Below, in pieces: positions 27,143 to 39,500 of a stretch of DNA of 64,000 bases. The DNA lies in NCBI RefSeq assembly GCF_036365525.1, contig NC_090382.1, positions 27,934,219 to 27,998,218 on the forward strand, read 5' to 3'. This DNA comes from Heterodontus francisci (Eukaryota). A model generated the notes under the pieces. The model had not been told where the DNA came from, did not search any database, and saw nothing but the letters and a program-made list of their open reading frames with translations. Both the position numbers and the translations under genes were made by a program. How positions within the stretch are numbered: position 1 is the stretch's first letter; each line of letters starts with the position of its first letter.

Positions 27143-28832
27143 ATAGGAACATATGAACATAGGAAATCGGAGCAGGAGTAGGCCATTCAGCCCCTTGAGC
27201 CTGCTCCACCATTCAACTAGATCATGGCTGATCTTCTACCTCAACGCCATTTTCCTACACTATCCCTATATCCCTTAATATCTTTAATGTCTAGAAATCT
27301 ATAGAGCTTTGTCTTGAACATACTCAATGACTGACCCTCCACAGCCTTCTGGGGTATAGAATTCCAAAGATTCACCACCCTTTGAGTGAAGAAATTCCTC
27401 CTCATCTCAGTCCTAAATGGTCTACCTCCTATTCTGATACTGTGTCCCCTGGTTCTAGATTCCCCCAGCCAGGGGAAACATCCCTCCTGCATCTGTAATA
27501 ATTTTATAAGCTTCAATGAGCTAGTTCTTCTAAACTCTAGAGATTATAGGTCCAGTCTCCTCAATCTCTCTTCATAGAACAATCCCGCCTTCTCAGGGAT
27601 TAGTCTGGTGAACCTCCATTGCAGTTCCTCTATGGCAAGTATATCCTTCCCTAGGTAAGGAGACCAAAACTGTACATAATACTGCAGGTACGGTCTCACC
27701 AAGGCTCTATTGCAGCAAGACCTCTTTACTCCTGTACTCAAATCCTCTTACAACAAAGGACAACATACCATTTGCCTTCCTAATTACTTTCTGCACCTGC
27801 ATGCAACATCTCAGTGAATTTTAAACAAGGGCACCCAGGTCCCTTTAGACATCAACATTTCCTATTCTCTCACCGTTTAAGAAATACTCTGCATTTCTGT
27901 TTTTCCTACCAAAATGGATAACTTCACATTTTTCCACAATATATTCCATCTGCCATGTTCTTGTCCACTCATTTAGCCTGTCTATATCCCCATGAAACCT
28001 CTTTGCATCCTCCTCACAACTCACATTTTCACCTAGTTTTGTGTCATCACCAACTTGGAAATGTTACATTTAATCCCCGCATCTAAATAATTGATATAGA
28101 TTGTGAATAGCTGGACCTCAAGCACTGATCCTTGTGGTACCCCACTTGTCAAAGCCTGCCAACCTGAGAATGACCTATTTATTCCTACTCTCTGTTTTCT
28201 GTCCATTAAACAATTCTCAATCCATGCCAGTGTATTACCTCCAATCCCATGTGCCCTAATTTTGTTTACTAACCTCCTGTGTGGGACCTTATCAAAAGCT
28301 TTCTGAAAATCCAAATACACCACATCCACTGCTTCCTCCTTATCTATTCTGCAAGTTACATCCTCAAAAAATTCTCTCAGGTTTGTCAAATATGATTTCC
28401 CTTTCATAAATTTATGTTGACTCTTTCCAATTCTACCATTATTTTCTATGTGTCCGGTTATCACATCCTTTATAAAAGATTCTGGCATTTTCCCTGCTAC
28501 TGATATCAGACTAAGGGATCTGCATTTCCCCTTTTTCTTTCTTCCTCCTTTCGTAAATAATGGGGTCACATTTCCAAACTGCAGGAACTATTCCAGAATC
28601 CATGGAACTTTGGAACTTTGACCACTAATACATCTCCCATCTCTACAGCCACCTCTTTCAACACTCTGAGATGCAGATCATGAGGTCCAGGGGATTTATC
28701 AACTTTCACTTCCATTAATTTCTCCAGTACTACCTTTTTACAAATACTAATTTCTTTCAGATTTTCATTCTCGCTAGCCCCTTGGTGCTTGAGTATTCCT
28801 GGGAGGATTTTTTATATCTTCTTCTGTGAAGA
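27143..28832 (-). mobile_element. CR1 3' half
   Basis: ORF 28033-28569 RT (VDVVYLDFQKAFDKVPHRRL, SGVPQGSVL); tail at left. Confidence 0.92.
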
Positions 28833-31821
28833 CTTGGGAGTTTTAAAGGCACATAGGCTCAGCTTAGCAGCAAAATTATACATTGTACACTGCATTGTAT
28901 AATTCACCAATCTTTACATTAAAAAAGCACATCTAATTTAGGGTGAGGAATGACAAGGAAATTCTCTAATATGAGGATCACCTTCATCCATGTGATCTCC
29001 TGGACAGGTTTTGATCACTGGAAGCATTTGAAGGGGAATTTTCCAGAGCATTTCACTTACCTTCACTTACCAGATGTCTGGGGCAATGGCAGGCAGTGGT
29101 GGACCTGGAAGGAACAGGGACTGGAGCAGAGCTATAAAATAAAGAGCGGGGCTCAAGGCTCTTCACTTACCTGACAGGCAGGCTCTCTGACTATGTCGGC
29201 CGGCACTCTGTTTTGATAAGTGGGGAAAAAAACTAATAGTGACATCACTGAAATTCTGTGGGCTGATTGGGTTGGTGGGCGGCAGCTGTTATTGCCTGTG
29301 GATAGCTGACATAGGCTAGAGTTAAAAAAAAGTTCCTTTTAAAATAAAACCCTCGGATAGCCACCTGTAATTTATTAGTAATTACTAGCTGTACTCGTGC
29401 TGTTTGCACAGAGTGAGGCTGTAAGTTGAGTGTGGGTATTTTCGCTGGCTGGGCATGGCGGGGTGGGGGTGCGGTGGAAGGTGTTCTTTGGTCTCTTTCT
29501 TTTCTGCCTTCTCAGCCTCAAAGGCACAGGGGATAAAGCTGATTGTAAATAGCTGGTAAGTAATTACATTAGCAAAATTTCGTTGTAAAGTTCAGTAATG
29601 GCAGGGCAGCTCGGCCAAGCGGAATGTGCCTCCTGTGCAATGTGGGAAATCGTGGACGTGCCATGTGACCTTGGCGAACATGTCTTCAGAAAGTGTCTCC
29701 GGTTGCAGAAGCTTGAGCTTTGGGTTTCGGGGCTTGAACGGCAGCTGGAGTGGCTGTGGCACATCCGCAAGGTAGAGGATTACTTGGATGGCACGTTTTA
29801 AGAGGTAGCGAGCACAGTCAGTAGGGGACTGGGTGGCTGCCGGATGGACAAAGAGGTCAGGGCAGGTAGCACAGGAGTTCCCAGAGGAAATCCCACATTC
29901 TAACTGGTATTCAGTTCTGAGTACCGATGGGAAAGAGAGTTTCTCTGGAGAGTGCACTGAGAGTCATAACCGGAACATCATGGGTGACACAGCTGTGCTG
30001 GGATGGAGAAAAAGGGACAAGAGGGCAATAGTGGTAGGGGATGCTGTGGTTAGAGGAACAGATAGGTATTTTTGTGGTCGCAGACATGATTCCAGGATGG
30101 TATGTTGCCTCCCTGGTGCAAGGATCATGGATATCACCGAGCAGCTACAGAGTATTCTGGAGGGAGAGGGTACATAGCAGGAGATCATGGTCCACATTGA
30201 TGCCAATGACATAGGTAGAAAGAGGGATGAGGTCCTGCAAAAAGAATTTAGGGAGCTAGGTAGTAGATTGAAAAGCAGGACCTCAAAGGTTCTAATCTCT
30301 GGATTACTCCAGGTGCCACATGCTAGTGAGTATAGGAATAGGAGGATAGAGCAGATGAATGCATGACAGGAAGGAGGGCTTTAGATTCCTGGGTCACTGG
30401 GTCTGTTTCTGGTGAAGGTGGGATCTGTACAAGTTGGACGGGTTACACCTGAACTGGAACAGGACCAACATTCTTGCTGGGAGGTTTGCCTGGGGTGGGG
30501 GTGGGTGGGTGGGTTAAACTAATTTGGCAGGGTGATGGGATATAGAGTGGAGGTACAGTAGGGGATGATGCACAGTCAAATATAGAAGAGAAACTAAGTC
30601 AGTCTGGAAGGCAGAGCAAATATAGGCATGTTAAGGCACAAGCGAATAATGCAAGGCTGGATTGTATCTATTTTAACACAAGGAGTCTTACTAGTAAGGC
30701 AGATGAATTGAGGGTGCTGATTAACACATGGGATTATGATATTATTGCTATCACAGAGACATGGTTGAGGGAGGGGCAGGACTGGCAGCTCAATATCCCA
30801 GGGTATAGAATCTTCAGACATGACAGAGGGGAGGGTGTAAAAGAGAAGGTGGCATTGTACTATTGACCAAGGAGTCAATTACTGCAGTAAGGAGGGATGA
30901 TATCTTAGAAGGTTCCTCAAATGAGGCCATATGGGGAGAACGTAAAAACAAAAAGGGGGCAATCACTTGGCTGGGAGTGTACAATAGGCCTCCAAACAGT
31001 CAGGGAGAGATAGAGGAACAGATGTGTAGGCAAATCTCAGAGAGGTGTAAAAATAATAGGGTAATAACAGTAGGAGATTTTAATTTCCCCAATATTAGAG
31101 GGGATAGTATTAGTGCAAAATGCTTAAAGGGGACAGAATGCTTAATGTGAATTCAGGAGATCTTTTTGAGCAGCATGTAGAAAATCCTACATGAGGAGGG
31201 GCAGTACTGGACCTAATCCTAGGGAATGAAGCTGGACAAGTGGTAGAAGTGTCAGTGGGGGAGCATTTCGTGGATAGTGACCATAACTCTGCAAGATTTA
31301 AGGTAGTTATGAAAAAGGACATAGAGGGACCGGAAATAAAAGTACTGAATTGGGGGAAGGCAGATTTCAATATGATAAAACAGGATCTGGCTAAAGTGGA
31401 CTGGGAGCAGCTTCTTATCGGAAAGTTGACTTCAGACCAGTGGGAGTCATTCAGAAAGGAGATAATGAGAGTTCATGTCCAACATGTTCCCGTAAAGGTG
31501 AAGAGTAGGACCAACAAGTCCAGGTAACCCTGAATGTCAAGGAATTCAGACGATTGGGTAAGGAAAAAAAAGGAGGCTTATGGCAGATTCAGAGCACTGA
31601 AAACAGCAGAGGCCCTAGAGGAGTATAGAAAGTGTAGTGGGGCGGGGGGGGTACTTAAAAAAGTAATTAGGAGATCGAAGAGGGGGAATGAAAAAACGCT
31701 GGCAGACAAGATAATGGAAAATCCCAAGGCATTTTATAAGTATATTCAGGGCAAGAGGATAACCAGGGAAAGAGTAGGGCCCATTAAGGACCAAAGTGGC
31801 AATCTGTGTGTGGAGCCGGAG

Positions 31822-32478
31822 TGTTGTGTCTAATACGCACTTACTCTTAAAGAATCCACGGAATCCAATTGGTGAAAGATAGATCAATATTTTATTCACA
31901 CACTAAATCATCAAGTACAAGCTCTCACTATTTGCACAGTATCAAAACTCATCAAAGTACAAGCTCTCACTACTAGCACAGTATACTACCCGTCAAGGAA
32001 CGAGGTGATCAGTCTCGGACTTACAGCTTCTCCGAGTCCTTGGCTCAGGGGTGTCTTCTCGACTGTTCTTCCCCAGAGTTCTCGTGCCTTTCCCAGTTTC
32101 AGTCAGGGGTTAAATCTTGTTTCCAAGACCCTCCCCTCTTACTTACTCATAGGGATCTGGTATAATGACATAATGATAATTCCTTATTGGGCTCGCTGAG
32201 AACCTGTTCAACATTTTACAGTTTCCCATTGTCTACTATAGGTCTAATCATATCTGCTGTCCATGACGACTCCTTCATCTGCTACGTGCAAGGACAGTGT
32301 CTAGGATCCTCAATATGTCTTTTCTCTACTGTCTACAATTCCTCAGCTGTCTGTGTGCTGTGGCCTCTTTCTACCCAGCCCCCCTATGCTTGAACACAAT
32401 TCGTTGTTGTGTGATTAGCCCCTTTGTTTCAACTAAGTTCTTATGTGTTTTTACTGTATGTGTTTTACTGTGTCTGCA
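31822..32478 (-). repeat. 3' LTR of the provirus
   Basis: tgttgtgtc...tctgca, homologous to 41667-42327; AATAAA on minus at 31891-31896; internal tandem duplication of tcatcaa(a)gtacaagctctcacta. Confidence 0.93.
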
Positions 32479-32489
32479 GTCCCCCCTTT
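32479..32489 (-). promoter_or_regulatory. Polypurine tract
   Basis: Minus strand AAAGGGGGGAC abutting the 3' LTR. Confidence 0.85.
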
Positions 32490-32750
32490 GATCCTGCAGG
32501 GCTATGTCCAAGGGATCACACTCTCATGTCTCTTAGAAAGTACACTTGTGCAATTACAATTTCATTTTCAAAACAAAAGCATAAACAGTGTAATGTTAAA
32601 GAAAACACCATTTAAGCATCACTATTACATAATCAATCACTTGTGCGAACATAATATAGTCGTAACTTCATTTTTAGAGTACATTGATCATACATTTATT
32701 CATTTTAAGTATCCACCAATAGGTTGTCTTATTATGCTTGTGTTACATAA

Positions 32751-34439
32751 TCAATTGTCTATCTTTTTATTGGGCAAGTTCAAATACTGATTGCCTTTAA
32801 GGTAACTGTCCCACCTGTGTTCATACATCCTCCCACATTGCTTAATCAATTTCTTAAGTTTCCGAATTAAGTCCATCACATATAACACCATGATACCCGA
32901 AACCACTATCAGGACATGGAAGATAATTCTAAACCAGGGGTATATCTGCACGTTTGACCCCCAGTTCCATAAGTCCTCCCATCAAGTAGAATCATTTATC
33001 TCTTCAATCTCATGTTGCAGCTTCTTTGACTGTTGCTCCAGATTGTAGTACACTACAGCAATGGCTTCTAGCTGCTGTTTCTCTTTACCCAAGTGTGTGG
33101 GCAATGGCTGAATAGTATATTCGTATTCCCAGAGGTAATTTATCAAGGTCTGTTAATACTTCTGTCACAGTTATCATTTCTGCCTTTTGTTTATGTATGT
33201 TTACCAACTCCATCTTCCCTACTCTACTCTGGTTGGTATTTGTGGGTTGAAATAAAACGTACTGTTGCTCACCGGACAAGTCCGGTTATGTCTGTACTGG
33301 TATTCCTTCGCCATGGTGGTTAAGCAATATCTCCCCTTTCCCATATAGGCGACATGGGTTAGCCCTGACAATGCTTTGCTAGTTTCTATGGTGCAATTTA
33401 CAGTGGCATTAAATCCACATTTTGACTCTGCAGTTTTATACATAGGATGAGGACATATGACTACCTGGTTTTCCAGACTACACTCAGACGATGTTGTTCC
33501 AACTATCTCTTTTCCAATTTCCACAACATAGGGTAATATATCATAATATTTTATGTACTCTTTTCCCCTTATCACCCCTATATTTTCTACTTCATATAAT
33601 TGCATCCCTAACTTATCTTTCAGAATTACAGGTATTCCCAATACTACTCCAATACTCATAGATCCTGTATTTACACACTCCTGACCTTTCCATACCTTAG
33701 GTTTTCTGAGTTGGCACCTGGTAATTTTATCATTTGTGTGATTAGCTAAGTACTCCAACTGGGTGTCATTGATCCAAACTGGTACCTGTCCCGCATCAAT
33801 TTGCCTCAAATCTGTAATATTGACAATTGAAGTTCCCGTATTAAAAACTGTAGCTGCGTCATTCACTGAACTACATTTATGTCTCTTTCCCTTTATTATT
33901 CCCTCATCACCAAATTCTTGTCTCAGCAATTGTTGTAATAATACCTTGTACAACTCTTGGGTCTTCTCAGGGCAACAGTCAGGTAGCTGGATATATGAGA
34001 TATTCAATATTACCAGTACCAACTCATGCTGTATATTATCATATACAATTTTATTAGTTTTTATTATCACAAGTCCATTTTCTGGTCCTGCAGTTAAGGC
34101 AGGGCAAGGGAGATCAGTCACTTGTGGCTGCTGGGTCATAACCTTACTCGTTGGTAATTCGGATGTGGGGGTAACCGTGGGGGTTGGTGCTTCTTGTCTG
34201 TTTAATCTCACGACCTGGAATAGGAACTGTCCTTTATTATTTTCCCCAACACAATAGAGCCAATCGCCCCTATCATTGTATGCTTTCACACATATTGATC
34301 GGTTTTTACAGTCTTTATCATCGCACTGACATAAAGGAAACTCGGGGGCCCCCTGGTGGGTCCCTTTTGGGCATTCGACACATATCCACTGTCCGATAGT
34401 AACGTTTACAAGAAAGACCCATCGCAATTCGTCCCTGAG
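32751..34439 (-). pseudogene. env: Envelope glycoprotein, class I fusion protein resembling pneumo/paramyxovirus F
   Basis: Open frame to 33219, then frameshifts/stops. KRHK(C) cleavage-site remnant; Cys-rich region CSLENQVVICP..CGFNATVNCTIETSK; heptad QQLEAIAVVYYNLEQQSKKLQHEIEEI; Trp-rich *WEDLWNWG; TM IIFHVLIVVSGIMVLYVM. Confidence 0.85.
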
Positions 34440-35150
34440 TCTGGGACTTCCATCCTCCTGTACATGTAATCCACATCCTGTCCGCCCAAACCCATCCTCT
34501 CCTGTAGAGGAACCGTCAACAAAAACTTTGATTGCTGGTTTGATTGCAGGCTCCTTCCCTTGTACACCCCCCAATGATTTTGACACAAAAAGTCCATTGA
34601 GGGCCTTTGCTGTCAAAACCTGACACTCATGGGGTTTGCCCTGGTAGACTAAATGGTCCGCCAGGCACGTAGTAGTCCTTACTTAGGAGATCATATAAAG
34701 GGGCTGGCTTTCCGGCAAATCCATCAGTATGGTTCCTGCGATACCCAACAAAGCCCAAAAAATGATCTCAAAGTCTTAGTATCTTGTGGTAGGGGGAGTT
34801 TGAGGATTGTCTGTACTCGCATCTGCTCTATCTCATGCTTTCCCTGTGTTATTACTATTCCCAAATAGGAAACCTTTTCCTTCATTATCTGTGCCTTTTT
34901 AGGCTTAACTTTCACTCCGGCCTTCTGGAGGAGTTGAAGGAGCTCCTCCAGTAGCTCTAAGTGCTCCTCCTTACTCTGTGCCAACTGCTGGTGGAATATC
35001 GACGGACTATTATGAAATCCCAAGGGGAGACACGTCCAGGTGTACTCTTGTCCCTGGAACGTAAACGCAAATTTATATTGACACTCTTGTGCCAGCGGTA
35101 TGGACCAGAACCCATTGCTAATATCCAACACAGTAAACCACTTAGACTGT
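34440..35150 (-). pseudogene. pol: pol remnant (RT N-terminal half, thumb, start of RNase H)
   Basis: FTVLDISNGFWSIPL..QYKFAFTFQGQEYTWTCLPLGFHNSPSIF; YxDD segment deleted; KVSYLG; RNase H VFVDGSS..RTGCG at ~34523. Confidence 0.9.
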
Positions 35151-36571
35151 TTTTTTTTCGAAAAACTTTGATTGTCCTCTTAAATATCAGATAAATTTCC
35201 CTTTGAGTGCTTTAAATAACCACTCATATCAATTACATTTTGTTTATTGATTCCAATTTCTTATGCCCAGACTTGATGGTATTGCATTTTTTTTTACATT
35301 AAAGACAGAAGTGCTTGCAACTATCTCTCCTTCTCAAGCACTTTGTCTCATTGATAAAGATGCTGTGACATTTGATGTCTGCAATTAAGTTCTTAAATTC
35401 TTAAAGCTGCTGGATCTCTTGCTGTGGCATCAGTTCTCATGTGGCCTTGGAACCTACCGTCACCTGCTTAAAAAAAACAGAAAGAATCCATTGTGGCTCT
35501 GCCCCTGAGCCCAATGGGTTAATTTGTCCAATTATATCTGTCAATTTAGAAATTTAAAATTTAATAATGTCCAATATATATAAATTTTACTCTCAACAAT
35601 TCAAAAATTGTGTGGTGGATTAAATGGAAAAACAATAACTGCAGCAGGGTTAATTTCTGGGGGCGGAGCAAAACATTCTCAGCTGCGTCACTTTACGTAA
35701 CCTTTTTTTTCTGATCGAAAAGAGCGACACTCCATTTGAAACTTTTTTTTTCAATCCTTTTGGGATCCTTAGGGTTTGAAAACAACCAAATAATTAGTAA
35801 CATTATCAGCTTCAAAGGAAAGCATCTCCATCAGGAAAGACAGCATTTTAGATTAAACTGCAATTGTTTTCAAACTTTTAGCATCTTTTGTAAGAGGTTT
35901 CTAATCCAAGGATTTTTAAAAATATAACAAAGATGATTCCAAATTCCAATTCACTGCAATAAATACTTAAAAATCAAAACTGCCAATGTTACATGAACGA
36001 ATCTTATGTTTGGAATTAAAGTCTCCCCCAAAACCTGACAGAATAAACTTGAAAGTTCATTGTGGCCACAAATGAAATTTCCAGTTTTTCAACTTAGCAG
36101 GTCAGTTAACCTTAATAGTATAAACTTAGACTTATTAACTTTATAATACTTATTAACTAGACACAGAACAGAATAGCACGTGCTTTTTTAAAAAATAGGT
36201 AAATTACATCATTTTTCTTGTTCTTTCTTCAGGCTCCTTTTCAAATGACTGTAATAAAACCAAAAACTAAAGAAAAAGTTATTTAACATTCTTAAAACAA
36301 AAGATTTAACACCAGCTTCTGAAACAAACTTTAAACAGACATAATCTTTCCCATATCTCCTTTGTTTATCCTTCTCTCCCTTAAACCAATATCCAATTCC
36401 TGTCATTTGCTACTTAAAACAGTCAGTAAAACATGTCTCTAACTTAAACTCCAAAAAAAAGCAGGAACAGATTTTAAACTGGAATTCCAATTAAAGCAGT
36501 GTTGTAAATTTCAAATTTGATTTCTACCAGATATCTTCAGACCTTCAAGGCTGAAGCTTACCTCTTAGATA

Positions 36572-39500
36572 GGGGTAGGCATAGTGGTATTATCACTGGA
36601 GTAGTAACCCAGAGACCCAGGGTATTTCTCTGGGGACTTGGGTTTGAATCCCACCACAGCAGAAGAATTTGAATTTAATTAATAAATCTGGAATTAAAAG
36701 CTAGTCTAATGATGGCCATGAAACCATTGTCGATTGTTGTAAAAACCCATCTGGTTCACGAATGCCCTTTAGGGAAGGAAGTCAGCTGTCCTTACCTGGT
36801 CTGGCCTACATGTGACTCCAGACCCACAGCAATGTGGTTAACTCTTAAATGGCCCAGCAAGCCACTCAGTTGTACCTAACCGCTACGAAGTCAATAAAAA
36901 GGAATGAAACCGGACGGACCACCTGGCATCGACCCAGGCACCGACAACAGCAGACCCAGCCCTGTCGACCCTGCAAAGACCTCCTTACTAACATCTGGGG
37001 GCTTGTGCCAAAGTTGGGAGAGCTGTCCCACAGACTAGTCAAGCAACAGCCTGACATAGTCATACTCACGGAATCATACCTTACAGACAATGTCCCAGAC
37101 ACTGCCACCACCATCTGTCCTGTCAGTGGGACAGGACATACTCACCAGAAGTGGTGGCACAGTGGTATACAGTAGGGGGGAAGTTTCCCTGGGAGTCCTC
37201 AACATCGACTCCGGACCCCATGAAGTCTCATGGCATCAGGTCAAACATGGGCAAGGTAACCTCCGACTGATTACCACCTACTGCCCTCCCTCAGCTGATG
37301 ACTCAGTACTCCTCCATGTTGAACACCACGTGAAGGAAGCACTGAAGGCGGCAAGGGCACAAAATGTACTCTGGGTGGGGGACTTCAATGTCCATCACCA
37401 AGAGTGGCTCGGTAGCACCACTACTGACCGGGTTGGCTGAGTCCTAAAGGACATAGCTGCTAGACTGGGTCTGCGTCAGGTGGTGGGAGAACCAACACGA
37501 GGGAAAAACATACTTGACCTCATCGTCACTAATCTGCCTGCCGCAGATGCTTCTGTCCATGACAGTATTGGTAGCAGTGACCACCGCACAGTCCTTGTGG
37601 AGATGAAATCCCGCCTTCACATTGAGGATACTGTCCATCGTGTTGTGTGGCACTATCACTTTGCTAAATGGGATAGATTTCGAACAGATCTAGCAATGCA
37701 AAACTGGGCATCCATGAGGAGCTGTGGGCCATCAGAAGCAGCATAATTGTACTCAACCACAGGTGTAACCTCATGGACCGGCATTTCCCCACTCTACCAT
37801 TACCATCAAGCCAGGAGACCAACCCTGGTTCAATGAAGAGTGCAGGAGGGCATGCCAGGAGCAGCACCAGGCAAACCTCAAAATGAGGCTGCTCTGCAGC
37901 CCTGCCACATCCAGCCGTGAATGGTGGTGGACAATGAAACAACTAACTGGAGGAGCTGGCTCCACAAATATCCCCATCCTCAATGATGAGGGAGCCCAGC
38001 ACATCAGTGCGAAAGATAAGTCTGAAGCACTTGCAACAATCTTCAGCCAGAAGTGCCGAGTTGATGATCCATCTCGGCTTCCTCCTGAAGTCCCCAGCAT
38101 CACAGATGCCAGTCTTCAGCCAATTCGATTCATTCTGCGTGATATCAAGAAACGACTGAAAGCACTGGATACTACAAAAGCTATGGGCCCTGACAATATT
38201 CCGGCAATAGTACTGAAGACCTGTGCTCCAGAACTTGCTGCGTCCCAAGCCAAGCTGTTCCAGTACAGCTGCAACACTGGCACCTACCCTGCAATGTGGA
38301 AAATTGCCCAGGTGTGTCCTGCACACAAAAAGCAGGACAAGTCCAACCCGGCCAATTACTGCCCCATCAGCCTACTCTCAATCATCAGTAAAGTGATGGA
38401 AGGTGTCATCAACAGTGCCATCAAGCGGCACTTGCTTAGCAATAACCTGCTCAGTGACGCTCAGTTTGGGTTCAGCCAGGGCCACAGCTCCTGACCTCAT
38501 TACAGCCTTGGTTCAAACATGGACTAAACAGCTGAACTCAAAGAACAAAGAACAAAGAAAATTACAGCACAGGAACAGGCCCTTCGGCCCTCCAAGCCTA
38601 CCCCGATCCAAATCCTCTATCTAAACATGTCGCCTATTTTCTAAGGGTCTGTATCTCTTTACTTCCTGCCCATTCATGTATCTGTCTAGATACATCTTAA
38701 AAGACGCTATCGTGCCCGCATCTACCACCTCCACTGGCAATGCGTTCCAGGCACCCACCACCCTCTGCGTAAAGAACTTTCCACGCAAATCCCCCCTAAA
38801 CTTTTCCCCTTTCACTTTGAACTCGTGCCCCCTTGTAATTGAATCCCCCACTCTGGGAAAAAGCTTCTTGCTATCCACCCTGTCTATACCTCTCATTATT
38901 TTGTACACCTCAATCAGGTCCCCCCTCAACCTCCGTCTTTCTAATGAAAATAATCCTAATCTACTCAACCTCTCTTCATAGCTAGCGCCCTCCATACCAG
39001 GCAACATCCTGGTGAACCTCCTCTGCACCCTCTCCAAAGCATCCACATCCTTTTGGTAATGTGGCGACCAGAACTGCACGCAGTATTCCAAATGTGGCCG
39101 AACCAAAGTCCTATACAACTGTAACATGACCTGCCAACTCTTGTACTCAATACCCCATCCGATGAAGGAAAGCATGCCGTATGCCTTCTTGACCACTCTA
39201 TTGACCTGCGTTGCCACATTCAGGGAACAATGGACCTGAACACCCAAATCTCTCTGTACATCAATTTTCCCCAGGACCTTTCCATTTACTGTATAGTTCA
39301 CTCTTGAATTGGATCTTCCAAAATGCATCACCTCGCATTTGCCCTGATTGAACTCCATCTGCCATTTCTCTGCCCAACTCTCCAGTCTATCTATATTCTG
39401 TTGTATTCTCTAACAGTCCCCTTCACTATCTGCTACTCCACCAATCTTAGTGTCGTCTGCAAACTTGCTAATCAGACCACCTATACTTTCCTCCAAATCA

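Noticed and set aside
31905-31985. Direct repeat tcatcaagtacaagctctcacta (CRISPR-like appearance)
   Set aside because: Only two units, inside the LTR, in eukaryotic DNA; there is no array and no cas genes.
33763-34257. 164-aa plus-strand ORF opposite env
   Set aside because: Antisense shadow of the env frame with no independent coding signal.
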